Positions 6,404 through 13,269 of a stretch of 17,503 nucleotides of DNA are shown in pieces. Source of the DNA: Candidatus Woesearchaeota archaeon (lineage in GTDB: Archaea; Nanobdellota; Nanobdellia; Woesearchaeales; GW2011-AR4); contig JACOZN010000018.1 in assembly GCA_016181305.1 (NCBI GenBank), positions 1 through 17,503 of the forward strand, in the 5' to 3' direction. Within the stretch, counting starts at the first letter, position 1; each line of letters opens with the position of its first letter. The position numbers and the translations under genes were made by a program. The notes under the pieces are model-generated. The model ran no database searches. It worked only from the letters and a program-made list of their open reading frames with translations, and was not told where the DNA came from.

Positions 6404-8086
6404 ATGCCGTTTCATCTAATAAGAGAGGTGAGGGACATAAAGAGGTTTAACCAGATACTTTTAGTTCTTTTCGAAGAGGGATTTGACTTCCTGCTGAGCA
6501 AAATAAGGCTAAAGCACCGCATCCCGATAACAAAAAGGGTGAAATCCAAGCTTGCCAAAAGGCGGGAGGCAAAGCCCGAAGCAATGCTCAGGAGCACATT
6601 TGAGAGGCTTGGGCCTACTTTCATAAAATTCGGGCAGCTTTTAAGCGTAAGGCCCGACTTGGTGCCAAAAGAGTACTGCAAAGAGCTGGAAAACCTTCAG
6701 GACAAAGTTCCGGAATTCCCGTTCAGCGAGGTAAAGTCCATTATAGAGAAGGAATTCGGCAAAAGCATGGAGCATCTTTTCCTTCATTTTGAAAAGAAGC
6801 CAGTAGCATCGGCTTCCATCAGCCAGGTGCACAGGGCAATTCTGAAAAACGGCGAGAAGGTTGCTGTCAAGGTGCAAAGGCCGAACATCAGGCAACTGAT
6901 TGAAACTGACATCGAGATAATGCTTTATTTCGCAAATCTCCTTGAGAACAACGTGGAAAGGCTCAGAAGGTACAGGCCTTTGCAGCTAGTCGAGGAGTTC
7001 AGGGAATGGACTGAAAAGGAGCTTGACTTCAGGCTTGAAGCCAGGAACGCAAAAAGGTTTGCGCAGAATTTCAGGGGCAGCAAAAGCGTTAAAATACCGA
7101 AGGTTTATGACGGGCTGACAACCGAGCATATACTGACCCTTGAGTTTATAGACGGGATTGAGCTGCACGACATAAAGGAAATCAAAAGAAGAAAGATAGA
7201 CTTCAACAGGATACTGGGAATAGGGTTTGAAGCGGTCATGACGCAGGTTTTCGTGCACGGCATTTTTCATGCGGACCCGCACCCCGGGAACATCATGGTA
7301 ATGCGAGATAACTCAATAGCATTCGTTGATTTTGGAATCGTGGGCTATTTTGACGAGAATCTCAAGAACAAGTGCATAGACTTGCTTTACGGGGTTGCGG
7401 AGCAGGACGAGGAGCTTGTGATGGACGCGCTGATCGGCATAGGGATGGAAAGCGGCGACGTCGATTACGGGCAGCTGAAAACCGACATAGCATTTACAAT
7501 ACAGCCGCTGCAGGGCGCTTCAATAAGGGATGTAAAAATCAGCAAAGTGCTTGAAGAGCTGCTTGACATTGCACTAAGGCACAAGCTCAGGATGCCGGCT
7601 TCATTTGTCCTGTTTGGGAAGACCATAATAACATTGGAGGGTGTTGCGATTGAGTATGACCCCAATTTTAAGATTATAGAGACTGCAAAGCCGTTCATTG
7701 AAAAAGTCATTGCCAGGAGGAAAAGCCCGCTTTATATGTGGAAAAGCTTTGTGCACAATATCGATAGGTATAGAAAATTTGCAGAGGATTTCCCTGAAAA
7801 GGCTGAAAAGGCGCTTGACAGGATACAAAGAGGCACAATAAAGGTTGACATCGAGGATACAGACATAAAAAAGCTGTCTCTTGAGATAGACAGGAGCAGC
7901 AACAGGGTTGCTTATGGCTTGCTAATAGCTGCCTTGCTTATATCATCAGCCGTACTGATGAACATCGTGAAAGGGCCGACAATACTAGGAGTGCCGTTTT
8001 TGTCATTTGCCAGCTTCTTTTTTGCATCCGTATTTGCACTGATTCTTTTCATGTCAATCGTAAGGGAAAGGTTCAGGCACTGGTGA
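6404..8086 (+). CDS. UbiB/ABC1 (AarF) family atypical kinase/ATPase with C-terminal TMs
   Basis: KxGQ (FIKFGQ), A-rich loop (ASASISQVHRA), VAVKVQRP, HADPHPGN, DFG, and two C-terminal hydrophobic helices. Confidence 0.93.
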   Translation: MPFHLIREVRDIKRFNQILLVLFEEGFDFLLSKIRLKHRIPITKRVKSKLAKRREAKPEAMLRSTFERLGPTFIKFGQLLSVRPDLVPKEYCKELENLQDKVPEFPFSEVKSIIEKEFGKSMEHLFLHFEKKPVASASISQVHRAILKNGEKVAVKVQRPNIRQLIETDIEIMLYFANLLENNVERLRRYRPLQLVEEFREWTEKELDFRLEARNAKRFAQNFRGSKSVKIPKVYDGLTTEHILTLEFIDGIELHDIKEIKRRKIDFNRILGIGFEAVMTQVFVHGIFHADPHPGNIMVMRDNSIAFVDFGIVGYFDENLKNKCIDLLYGVAEQDEELVMDALIGIGMESGDVDYGQLKTDIAFTIQPLQGASIRDVKISKVLEELLDIALRHKLRMPASFVLFGKTIITLEGVAIEYDPNFKIIETAKPFIEKVIARRKSPLYMWKSFVHNIDRYRKFAEDFPEKAEKALDRIQRGTIKVDIEDTDIKKLSLEIDRSSNRVAYGLLIAALLISSAVLMNIVKGPTILGVPFLSFASFFFASVFALILFMSIVRERFRHW

Positions 8087-8091
8087 TTTAA

Positions 8092-8604
8092 ATGCCCTTG
8101 GCAGTAACCCATGTCTTATTAACCATAATCGTAGTTGATTTATACAGGGATTATGTTGCGAAGCACAAAAAATATTTTACTTTGCACACAGTCTTTATTG
8201 CAGGCTTTGCCGGTTTGTTGCCCGATATCGACATACCATTAAATTGGCTTCTAAACTTTTTTGGGTTAAGCATAGCGCATGGCACAATAACCCATACGCC
8301 TTTATTTGGCTTAATATTTTTGATTCCAGGATTTATCCTGTGGCACCATAAAAAGCACAGGGCAGGAATGTACTTTTTTGTTGCTTGTTTTGGAGTGCTG
8401 TTTCATCTTTTCCTTGACTATTTTTTAGGAGGCGGGTATTATGAGGGAGTTATGATTTTCTATCCCTTTTTGGATACGACATTTAAATTACATCTGCTAA
8501 ACAAGTTGAGTATTCCAAATATTCCAGCTGCAGTTGATTCAATAATATTGCTGCTGTGGCTATGGCATGAAGAGATAAAACATAAAATAAGCGATTTTAT
8601 TTAG
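8092..8604 (+). CDS. Membrane-bound metal-dependent hydrolase (YdjM/DUF457-like)
   Basis: N-terminal H, 'AGLLPDIDI', 'HGTITHT', 'FHLFLDY'. Confidence 0.85.
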   Translation: MPLAVTHVLLTIIVVDLYRDYVAKHKKYFTLHTVFIAGFAGLLPDIDIPLNWLLNFFGLSIAHGTITHTPLFGLIFLIPGFILWHHKKHRAGMYFFVACFGVLFHLFLDYFLGGGYYEGVMIFYPFLDTTFKLHLLNKLSIPNIPAAVDSIILLLWLWHEEIKHKISDFI

Positions 8605-8849
8605 AAAACCCCGAAGCTTTTCAAAAATCTTGCTATCAGGGCAACGAGAAATACCATGGCAACTGCTGTGAAAACGTTATTTTTCTTTTTGTTTCTTGAA
8701 TAAACGATTCCTCCTGTTAAAAGCAAGCCTATTATCAAAGAAAACCATTTCCAGCCGCTGCTTATGCTTGTGTAAAAAACATATGCTTCAACAAGCGCAA
8801 TCGGAACTGCCGCCCTAAGGATTAGATTCCAGTTATATTCTTCTTCCAT
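8601..8849 (-). CDS. Small hypothetical membrane protein (3 TM)
   Basis: 82-aa hydrophobic ORF, 2 nt after the pyrH stop, converging on the hydrolase with a 4-nt overlap. Confidence 0.7.
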   Translation of the reverse strand: MEEEYNWNLILRAAVPIALVEAYVFYTSISSGWKWFSLIIGLLLTGGIVYSRNKKKNNVFTAVAMVFLVALIARFLKSFGVF

Positions 8850-8851
8850 TT

Positions 8852-9529
8852 TTAGCGTATTACAGTCCCCCTGAATTTTTTGCCTTCCAACAGATTTTCA
8901 AGATTCCTCAAGTCCCTGCCGATGATGCTGACTTTCATCCCTGACTTTTGCGCCTCTTTTGCCGCAACAGGGTCAAAAGGCGCATTCATGCCCGCCTTCC
9001 ATTTCCGGCTTACCAGCTTTGCGAATCCTGCCCAGTTTATATTTTCAATTCTTTTGGCATCTCTGTGCTTTTTTGGGTCCTTGTCATAGACATAATCGAC
9101 ATTGCTCATGTTCACTATTTCTTTGATGCGCAGATTTTTGGCAAGCAAAACAGCGTCATAGTCAGTGCTCCAACCGGGCTTCCAGCCCGCTGCTATTATA
9201 ATATTTTTTTTGAAACTGATTTTTCGGGTGGGATCAGCGACAATTGAGCCGCTTACGTCATTTTTAAAAATATACCATAATAATAATGCATTTAATCTTG
9301 TTGCATAAGTACCAATCCAGTCCAAATCCTGGTTGCTGAGCTTTGCTATTTTGGAGGCTGCATCCTGCATATTCCTTGCCAATCTGCCGCCGCCGCAATA
9401 AACGGCAAACCTGTAATTTTTTTTGGCATATTTTTCAATTGTTTTTTTGAATTGCCTCAGGAATCCGGTATCTATGCTGTCCGGAACAATTAAAGAGCCG
9501 CCTAAAGACAGGATGATTGTTTTTTGCAT
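8852..9529 (-). CDS. pyrH: UMP kinase (archaeal type)
   Basis: 'IILSLGGSLIV', 'VYCGGGRLAR', 'PGWSTDYDAVLLA', 'NMSNVDYVYDKDP', 'PFDPVAA'. Start set at MQKTII (9529). The 55 extra residues in the track run through the promoter and the MITE. Confidence 0.95.
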   Translation of the reverse strand: MQKTIILSLGGSLIVPDSIDTGFLRQFKKTIEKYAKKNYRFAVYCGGGRLARNMQDAASKIAKLSNQDLDWIGTYATRLNALLLWYIFKNDVSGSIVADPTRKISFKKNIIIAAGWKPGWSTDYDAVLLAKNLRIKEIVNMSNVDYVYDKDPKKHRDAKRIENINWAGFAKLVSRKWKAGMNAPFDPVAAKEAQKSGMKVSIIGRDLRNLENLLEGKKFRGTVIR

Positions 9530-9553
9530 TTTGCATTTAATGTAAAACAGCAG

Positions 9554-9561
9554 TATAAAAA
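9554..9561 (-). promoter_or_regulatory. TATA box (TTTTTATA) for pyrH
   Basis: 25 nt from ATG 9529, just outside the MITE target duplication. Confidence 0.55.
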
Positions 9562-9575
9562 CATTTCTACTGGCT

Positions 9576-9741
9576 AGCTCAGCAGAAATCCTCTCACTTC
9601 GTTCGGTTAGCATCAGGCTCAAGCTGACTTCTTTATATCTATAACTGACATTCCCCGTAAGGGGCTTCCCCCTTGTCAGTTGGCTTTTAATCAAAATAGC
9701 TTTCGCAATAATGATGCTAACTTCAGGATTTCTACTGAGCT
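9576..9741. mobile_element. 166-bp non-autonomous miniature inverted-repeat element (MITE) with 8-bp target-site duplication
   Basis: TIRs AGCTCAGCAGAAATCCT (9576-92) / AGGATTTCTACTGAGCT (9725-41), 16/17 complementary. Direct repeat TACTGGCT at 9568-75 and 9742-49, flush with both ends. Internal perfect inverted repeats at 9606-15/9712-21 and 9643-50/9674-81. No transposase in the window. Confidence 0.85.
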
Positions 9742-10094
9742 TACTGGCTCCCTATGCCAATGAAACTGACACCAAGAATTATCAATGCAATTCCAAGCCA
9801 CTTCAGCCTGTTCATTCTCTCGCCGAGGAATCTGACGCTGAGCAGGCTGACCCATATGTACGCCAAAGCAACGAAAGGGTACAAAACAGACAAGTCGCCG
9901 CCTTTCAATGCAGGAATGAAAAGCAGGGTTCCCAAAGCATATAATGCAACCCCGCCAAAAAGATGGTAGTTTGTTGCCAGCGAGCTGAGATTTGACATGC
10001 TTTTAGCAGAGGCTTTTTTCAGCAGTATGGGCCCGAATGCACCAACCAAAGTAGCGAAAACCACCAGGCTTACAGCCCAAATTTGTGTTGCCAT
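9741..10094 (-). CDS. Small 4-TM DMT-superfamily transporter (EamA half-repeat/ArnE-ArnF-like), paralogue 1
   Basis: 'ILLKK', 'LYALGTLLFIPALKGGDLSVLYPFVALAYIW...FLGERMNRLKWLGIALIILGV'. Start set at MATQ (10094) by alignment with the neighbour MATK. Confidence 0.85.
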   Translation of the reverse strand: MATQIWAVSLVVFATLVGAFGPILLKKASAKSMSNLSSLATNYHLFGGVALYALGTLLFIPALKGGDLSVLYPFVALAYIWVSLLSVRFLGERMNRLKWLGIALIILGVSFIGIGSQ

Positions 10095-10096
10095 TT

Positions 10097-10471
10097 TTAT
10101 ACAGCTCCGGGAAGAGAGCCCTTGCTTCCATAGCCTATGCAGGCAATTCCTGCAATTATCGCTGCAACACCAATCCATTTGAAAGGGTTCATAATTTCAC
10201 CTAGAAACCTGACGCTGAGCAGGCTGACCCATATGTAGCTCATTGCAATTATCGGGTATAGGACAGAAACCTCGCCGCCCCTGAACGAGATTATCAGCAA
10301 AGCGCCGCCAACAACATAAAGAAGAATGCCGCCGATAATGTAGTAATTTGTGATTATGCCTAAAATATCAAAAGCCAGTGTGGCAACGCCTTTCTTCCAC
10401 AAGATCTGCGCTGATGAAGTCAGCAAAGTAGTGAACAATACAAGCAAAGCCGCCCATAGTTTGGTTGCCAT
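10097..10471 (-). CDS. Small 4-TM DMT-superfamily transporter, paralogue 2
   Basis: 'AQILWKKG', 'GGEVSVLYPIIAMSYIWVSLLSVRFLGE...KWIG'. Confidence 0.85.
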   Translation of the reverse strand: MATKLWAALLVLFTTLLTSSAQILWKKGVATLAFDILGIITNYYIIGGILLYVVGGALLIISFRGGEVSVLYPIIAMSYIWVSLLSVRFLGEIMNPFKWIGVAAIIAGIACIGYGSKGSLPGAV

Positions 10472-10507
10472 TTTTTATTTTTGGTTTTTAACAGGAATAT
10501 TTATTTT

Positions 10508-12097
10508 TTACTTCAGCATTATCTCGACAAAAGCGGAGTAAGCGGGCCTTGTGATGAAAACGCCGATCGTAACCCCTATTATAGTGGTTATTGCAAAGCC
10601 CTTCAGCAATCCCGCCCCTGCAAAAATCAGCGGAATCATAGCAACTACAACAGTAAGGTAAGCAAGCATTATTATCAGGAAAGCTCGCTTCACTTTTTCC
10701 TTCCAGTTGTAAACATTGGCAGTTTGCCCCTTCAAAGTTTCGTCAGTTATGACAATCTGGTCATCAACTCCTGTGCCTATTGCAACAAGAATGCCCGCAA
10801 TTGCAGCCAAGTCAATATTCCAGCCTATGAATGCGGCAACTCCAAGAAGTATGATGACTTCGGAAAGCATTGTGATAAGAATCGGTATTGCAATAAGCAT
10901 TTTCCTGTACCTCAAGCCGATAACGACTGCAACCGAAAGTATTGCAAGAACAGACATAATAACTGCATTCCTGACAAATTCCCTGCCCAGAACAGGGCTT
11001 ATCGCGTCAGTCTTTACTATGTTCAGCTTCACAGGCAGCGAGCCTGTTATAAGTATGGTTTGAAGCCTTTTCATGTTCTGCAACGAATTTGATATTGCTT
11101 CCTGCTGGCTTGCGCCAACCCCGGGGCCAGTTATCTGGATTTGGGTGACTGCCTGCCCCTTCAAGTCAGAGCCAATGTTAAGCTCGTCAACCTTCACATC
11201 ATCAAGATAAAGCTCCAGTTTTTCGCTGAGATATCCTGTGCTGCGCCCTGAAGCAGGGTCAAAAATCACGCTCAGGCCTTTTGTGGCGTCTGCCTGCTGC
11301 TGCGCCGCCTCCTGGCTCAGCGTTATTGAAAACCTGAAGCGGCAATACCACTGCGGGCCCTGGGGATAGCATCCTGTGCTTGTGTCTATGCCGGCTTCAT
11401 TGGCGCTCCTGGCAACATAAACAATGTCTGTCCCTCCCCTAAACACTGTCTTGTTCCCGATTTTTGCCTCGAATTTGCCTTGGCGGGCAAGCAAGTCTTT
11501 TATCTCCTCTTCCGTTGCGCCGGCAATCTCAACCACAATGTACTGGTTCCCGGTCCCAATAGGCGGCGGAAGGTCATTTGCATCCCTGATTACAATGTCG
11601 CTCAAGCCATAGACGTTGAGCCTTTCCTTCATATTGTCTATCAGCACGCCAATGTCATATTGGCTTAGCTTTGCCTCCGGCTGCAAAAGAACCCTTGTGC
11701 CGCCCTGCAAATCAAGCCCCTTCCTTATGTTTGTTGAAGGAGCTTCAAAAACCCGAAGCCCGATATCATCTCCAGTTTTAGCAACCCTGTAAGCCCCTTT
11801 CGTTGTTTTTATCTGGACAGTCCTGTTAATTCCTATAGAATTGACATAATTGTAATAATCCCCAACATCTTCAACCGGCTTGTTGGCTATAGCAATTACC
11901 ACTTCCCTTGCAACAGGCTGTATATTGGGCTTTGGCTGCGGAATGCCTGCGATGCTTGCAGAGCTGTTTGTAACAACGCTCCTTATTGCAACGCCTTTGC
12001 TTAAGGTCGGGTGAATTGCAACTAAAGACACCAGTATAAAAACAGCAAGCAATATTATCCGCCAGTTCGCAATTAATTTTTTGATTTTATAGTTCAT
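10508..12097 (-). CDS. secD: Protein translocase subunit SecD (archaeal type) with a PDZ-like segment after TM1
   Basis: 'GLDLQGG', 'ILITGSLPVKL', 'ISPVLG', 'IDLAAIAGILVAIGTGVDDQIVITDE', 'GFAITTIIG..ITRPAY'. Confidence 0.93.
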   Translation of the reverse strand: MNYKIKKLIANWRIILLAVFILVSLVAIHPTLSKGVAIRSVVTNSSASIAGIPQPKPNIQPVAREVVIAIANKPVEDVGDYYNYVNSIGINRTVQIKTTKGAYRVAKTGDDIGLRVFEAPSTNIRKGLDLQGGTRVLLQPEAKLSQYDIGVLIDNMKERLNVYGLSDIVIRDANDLPPPIGTGNQYIVVEIAGATEEEIKDLLARQGKFEAKIGNKTVFRGGTDIVYVARSANEAGIDTSTGCYPQGPQWYCRFRFSITLSQEAAQQQADATKGLSVIFDPASGRSTGYLSEKLELYLDDVKVDELNIGSDLKGQAVTQIQITGPGVGASQQEAISNSLQNMKRLQTILITGSLPVKLNIVKTDAISPVLGREFVRNAVIMSVLAILSVAVVIGLRYRKMLIAIPILITMLSEVIILLGVAAFIGWNIDLAAIAGILVAIGTGVDDQIVITDETLKGQTANVYNWKEKVKRAFLIIMLAYLTVVVAMIPLIFAGAGLLKGFAITTIIGVTIGVFITRPAYSAFVEIMLK

Positions 12098-12101
12098 TTT
12101 A

Positions 12102-13052
12102 TTATATTACGACTCCCTTCTTTGCTTTTCTTTCAATATAAATTCTTAACAATCCTACATTCTGTATCCACGTGTTGAAAATGTCCGCAACCAGGCCTAG
12201 CAGCAGAATAAGCATTATCTGCCTTATCACTTCTGATTGGGTTACAAGCATTGCGACTGTCACAGCAACTATTGCTGTAATAGTTTCTGTCATTCCTGTT
12301 TTTATGGAGCTGACAATCCTGTCCATGACAGTGCCTTCCTTTCTTTTCAAAACCCTGACAGAAAGCAGGATGTCAGTATCAACTGAATAGCCGATAAGCA
12401 TCAGGAATGCGGCAATTCCCGCAGTCCCTATCCTCACGTCCATGAGGTTTATTGCGGCCAGCGCAAAAGCCATGTCTGAGAAAGCTGCAAGCACGATTGC
12501 AATGCTTGGAATAAAAGTCCTGAAATAGATAAGAACAACAAGCCCCATGAAAAGAAAGGCGACAGCCAGCGCAATCAGCGACTCCCTGAAAAAGCTTGCC
12601 CCGAGCGAGGAGCCGATGATTTCAATCCCGTAATCTACATTGCTTAAGTCAATTTTTAATGAGGCTCCTATTGCCTGCAGCAGCCTGCCTCTTTCTGCAT
12701 TATTGTTTGCATCGATATCCGCCTCAACAATAATGCCTCCGGCAGTCCCGGCGCCTCCCAAAGTCCTTACGGCAATGTCGTTTTTTGGAAATTCTGAAGA
12801 TATTTGCTTTTCAACCAAAACTATGTCGATATTTTTATTGTAGGGAACTGTTACGGTAACGCCGCCCTTCAACGAAACGTCTTTCTTGACAAAATCCCCT
12901 GTATTGTAAATCTGCCAGCCTATCTGGGCCAGCGACAACAGCAAAATCAAAAACGGGATAATCAGCAATGCCTTGTACTTCTTTTCATATATTTCAAACA
13001 AGGCTTGCCTTAGCGATTTTTTTTGCTGCTGATTCTGAGTATTCTGCTCCAT
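12102..13052 (-). CDS. secF: Protein translocase subunit SecF (archaeal type)
   Basis: 'SLKGG', 'IGSSLGASF', 'AAFLMLIGYSVDTDILL', 'GLVADIFNTWIQN'. The order is secF then secD. Confidence 0.93.
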   Translation of the reverse strand: MEQNTQNQQQKKSLRQALFEIYEKKYKALLIIPFLILLLSLAQIGWQIYNTGDFVKKDVSLKGGVTVTVPYNKNIDIVLVEKQISSEFPKNDIAVRTLGGAGTAGGIIVEADIDANNNAERGRLLQAIGASLKIDLSNVDYGIEIIGSSLGASFFRESLIALAVAFLFMGLVVLIYFRTFIPSIAIVLAAFSDMAFALAAINLMDVRIGTAGIAAFLMLIGYSVDTDILLSVRVLKRKEGTVMDRIVSSIKTGMTETITAIVAVTVAMLVTQSEVIRQIMLILLLGLVADIFNTWIQNVGLLRIYIERKAKKGVVI

Positions 13053-13094
13053 AAATACAACCCCGCATAAAATAGAAGTTAGAAAAATGTATTG

Positions 13095-13102
13095 TTAATA
13101 AA
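13095..13102 (-). promoter_or_regulatory. TATA box (TTTATTAA, preceded by CAACC) upstream of secF
   Basis: AACCTTTATTAA on the minus strand, about 43 nt upstream of ATG 13052, with GGGGTTG as a possible SD. Confidence 0.5.
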
Positions 13103-13107
13103 GGTTG

Positions 13108-13252
13108 CGGAAATCATTGATTTCCGAAACTCAGAAAAAATCAAAAATTTTTTTAGATAGTTTTGATGTGATTGTTATTTCCGGCAAGCTTGGACATGTC
13201 GGAAATTTTTATTATTTATGTAACTTGTAAAATTTCCGAGCATGCTCAAAAA
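13108..13252. repeat. Palindromic intergenic repeat, copies 2 and 3
   Basis: CGGAAATCA-t-TGATTTCCG (13108-26). GACATGTCGGAAATTTT...AAAATTTCCGAGCATGCTCAAAAA (13193-13252). An extra half-site ATTTCCGG lies at 13177-84. Confidence 0.8.
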
Positions 13253-13269
13253 TTGCAGGCTATTTTAAA

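Noticed and set aside
9576-9741. Structured element as SRP RNA, RNase P RNA or a riboswitch
   Set aside because: No SRP helix-8, RNase P P4 (GAGGAAAGUCC) or recognisable aptamer consensus. Flush TIRs and TSD explain it better.
10095-10178. Cys-rich N-terminal extension (MDWCCSDNCRNC...) of DMT paralogue 1
   Set aside because: It is an alternate frame of the upstream paralogue's last helix. Paralogue alignment places the start at 10094.
10481-11092. 203-aa plus-strand ORF and other plus-strand ORFs inside secD, secF, pyrG, pyrH and flpA, and minus-strand ORFs inside ubiB
   Set aside because: Antisense to well-supported genes, with no motifs or start signals.
1947-13252. CGGAAAT/ATTTCCG repeats as a CRISPR array
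   Set aside because: Only 2-3 dispersed copies, no regular repeat-spacer period, and no cas genes.
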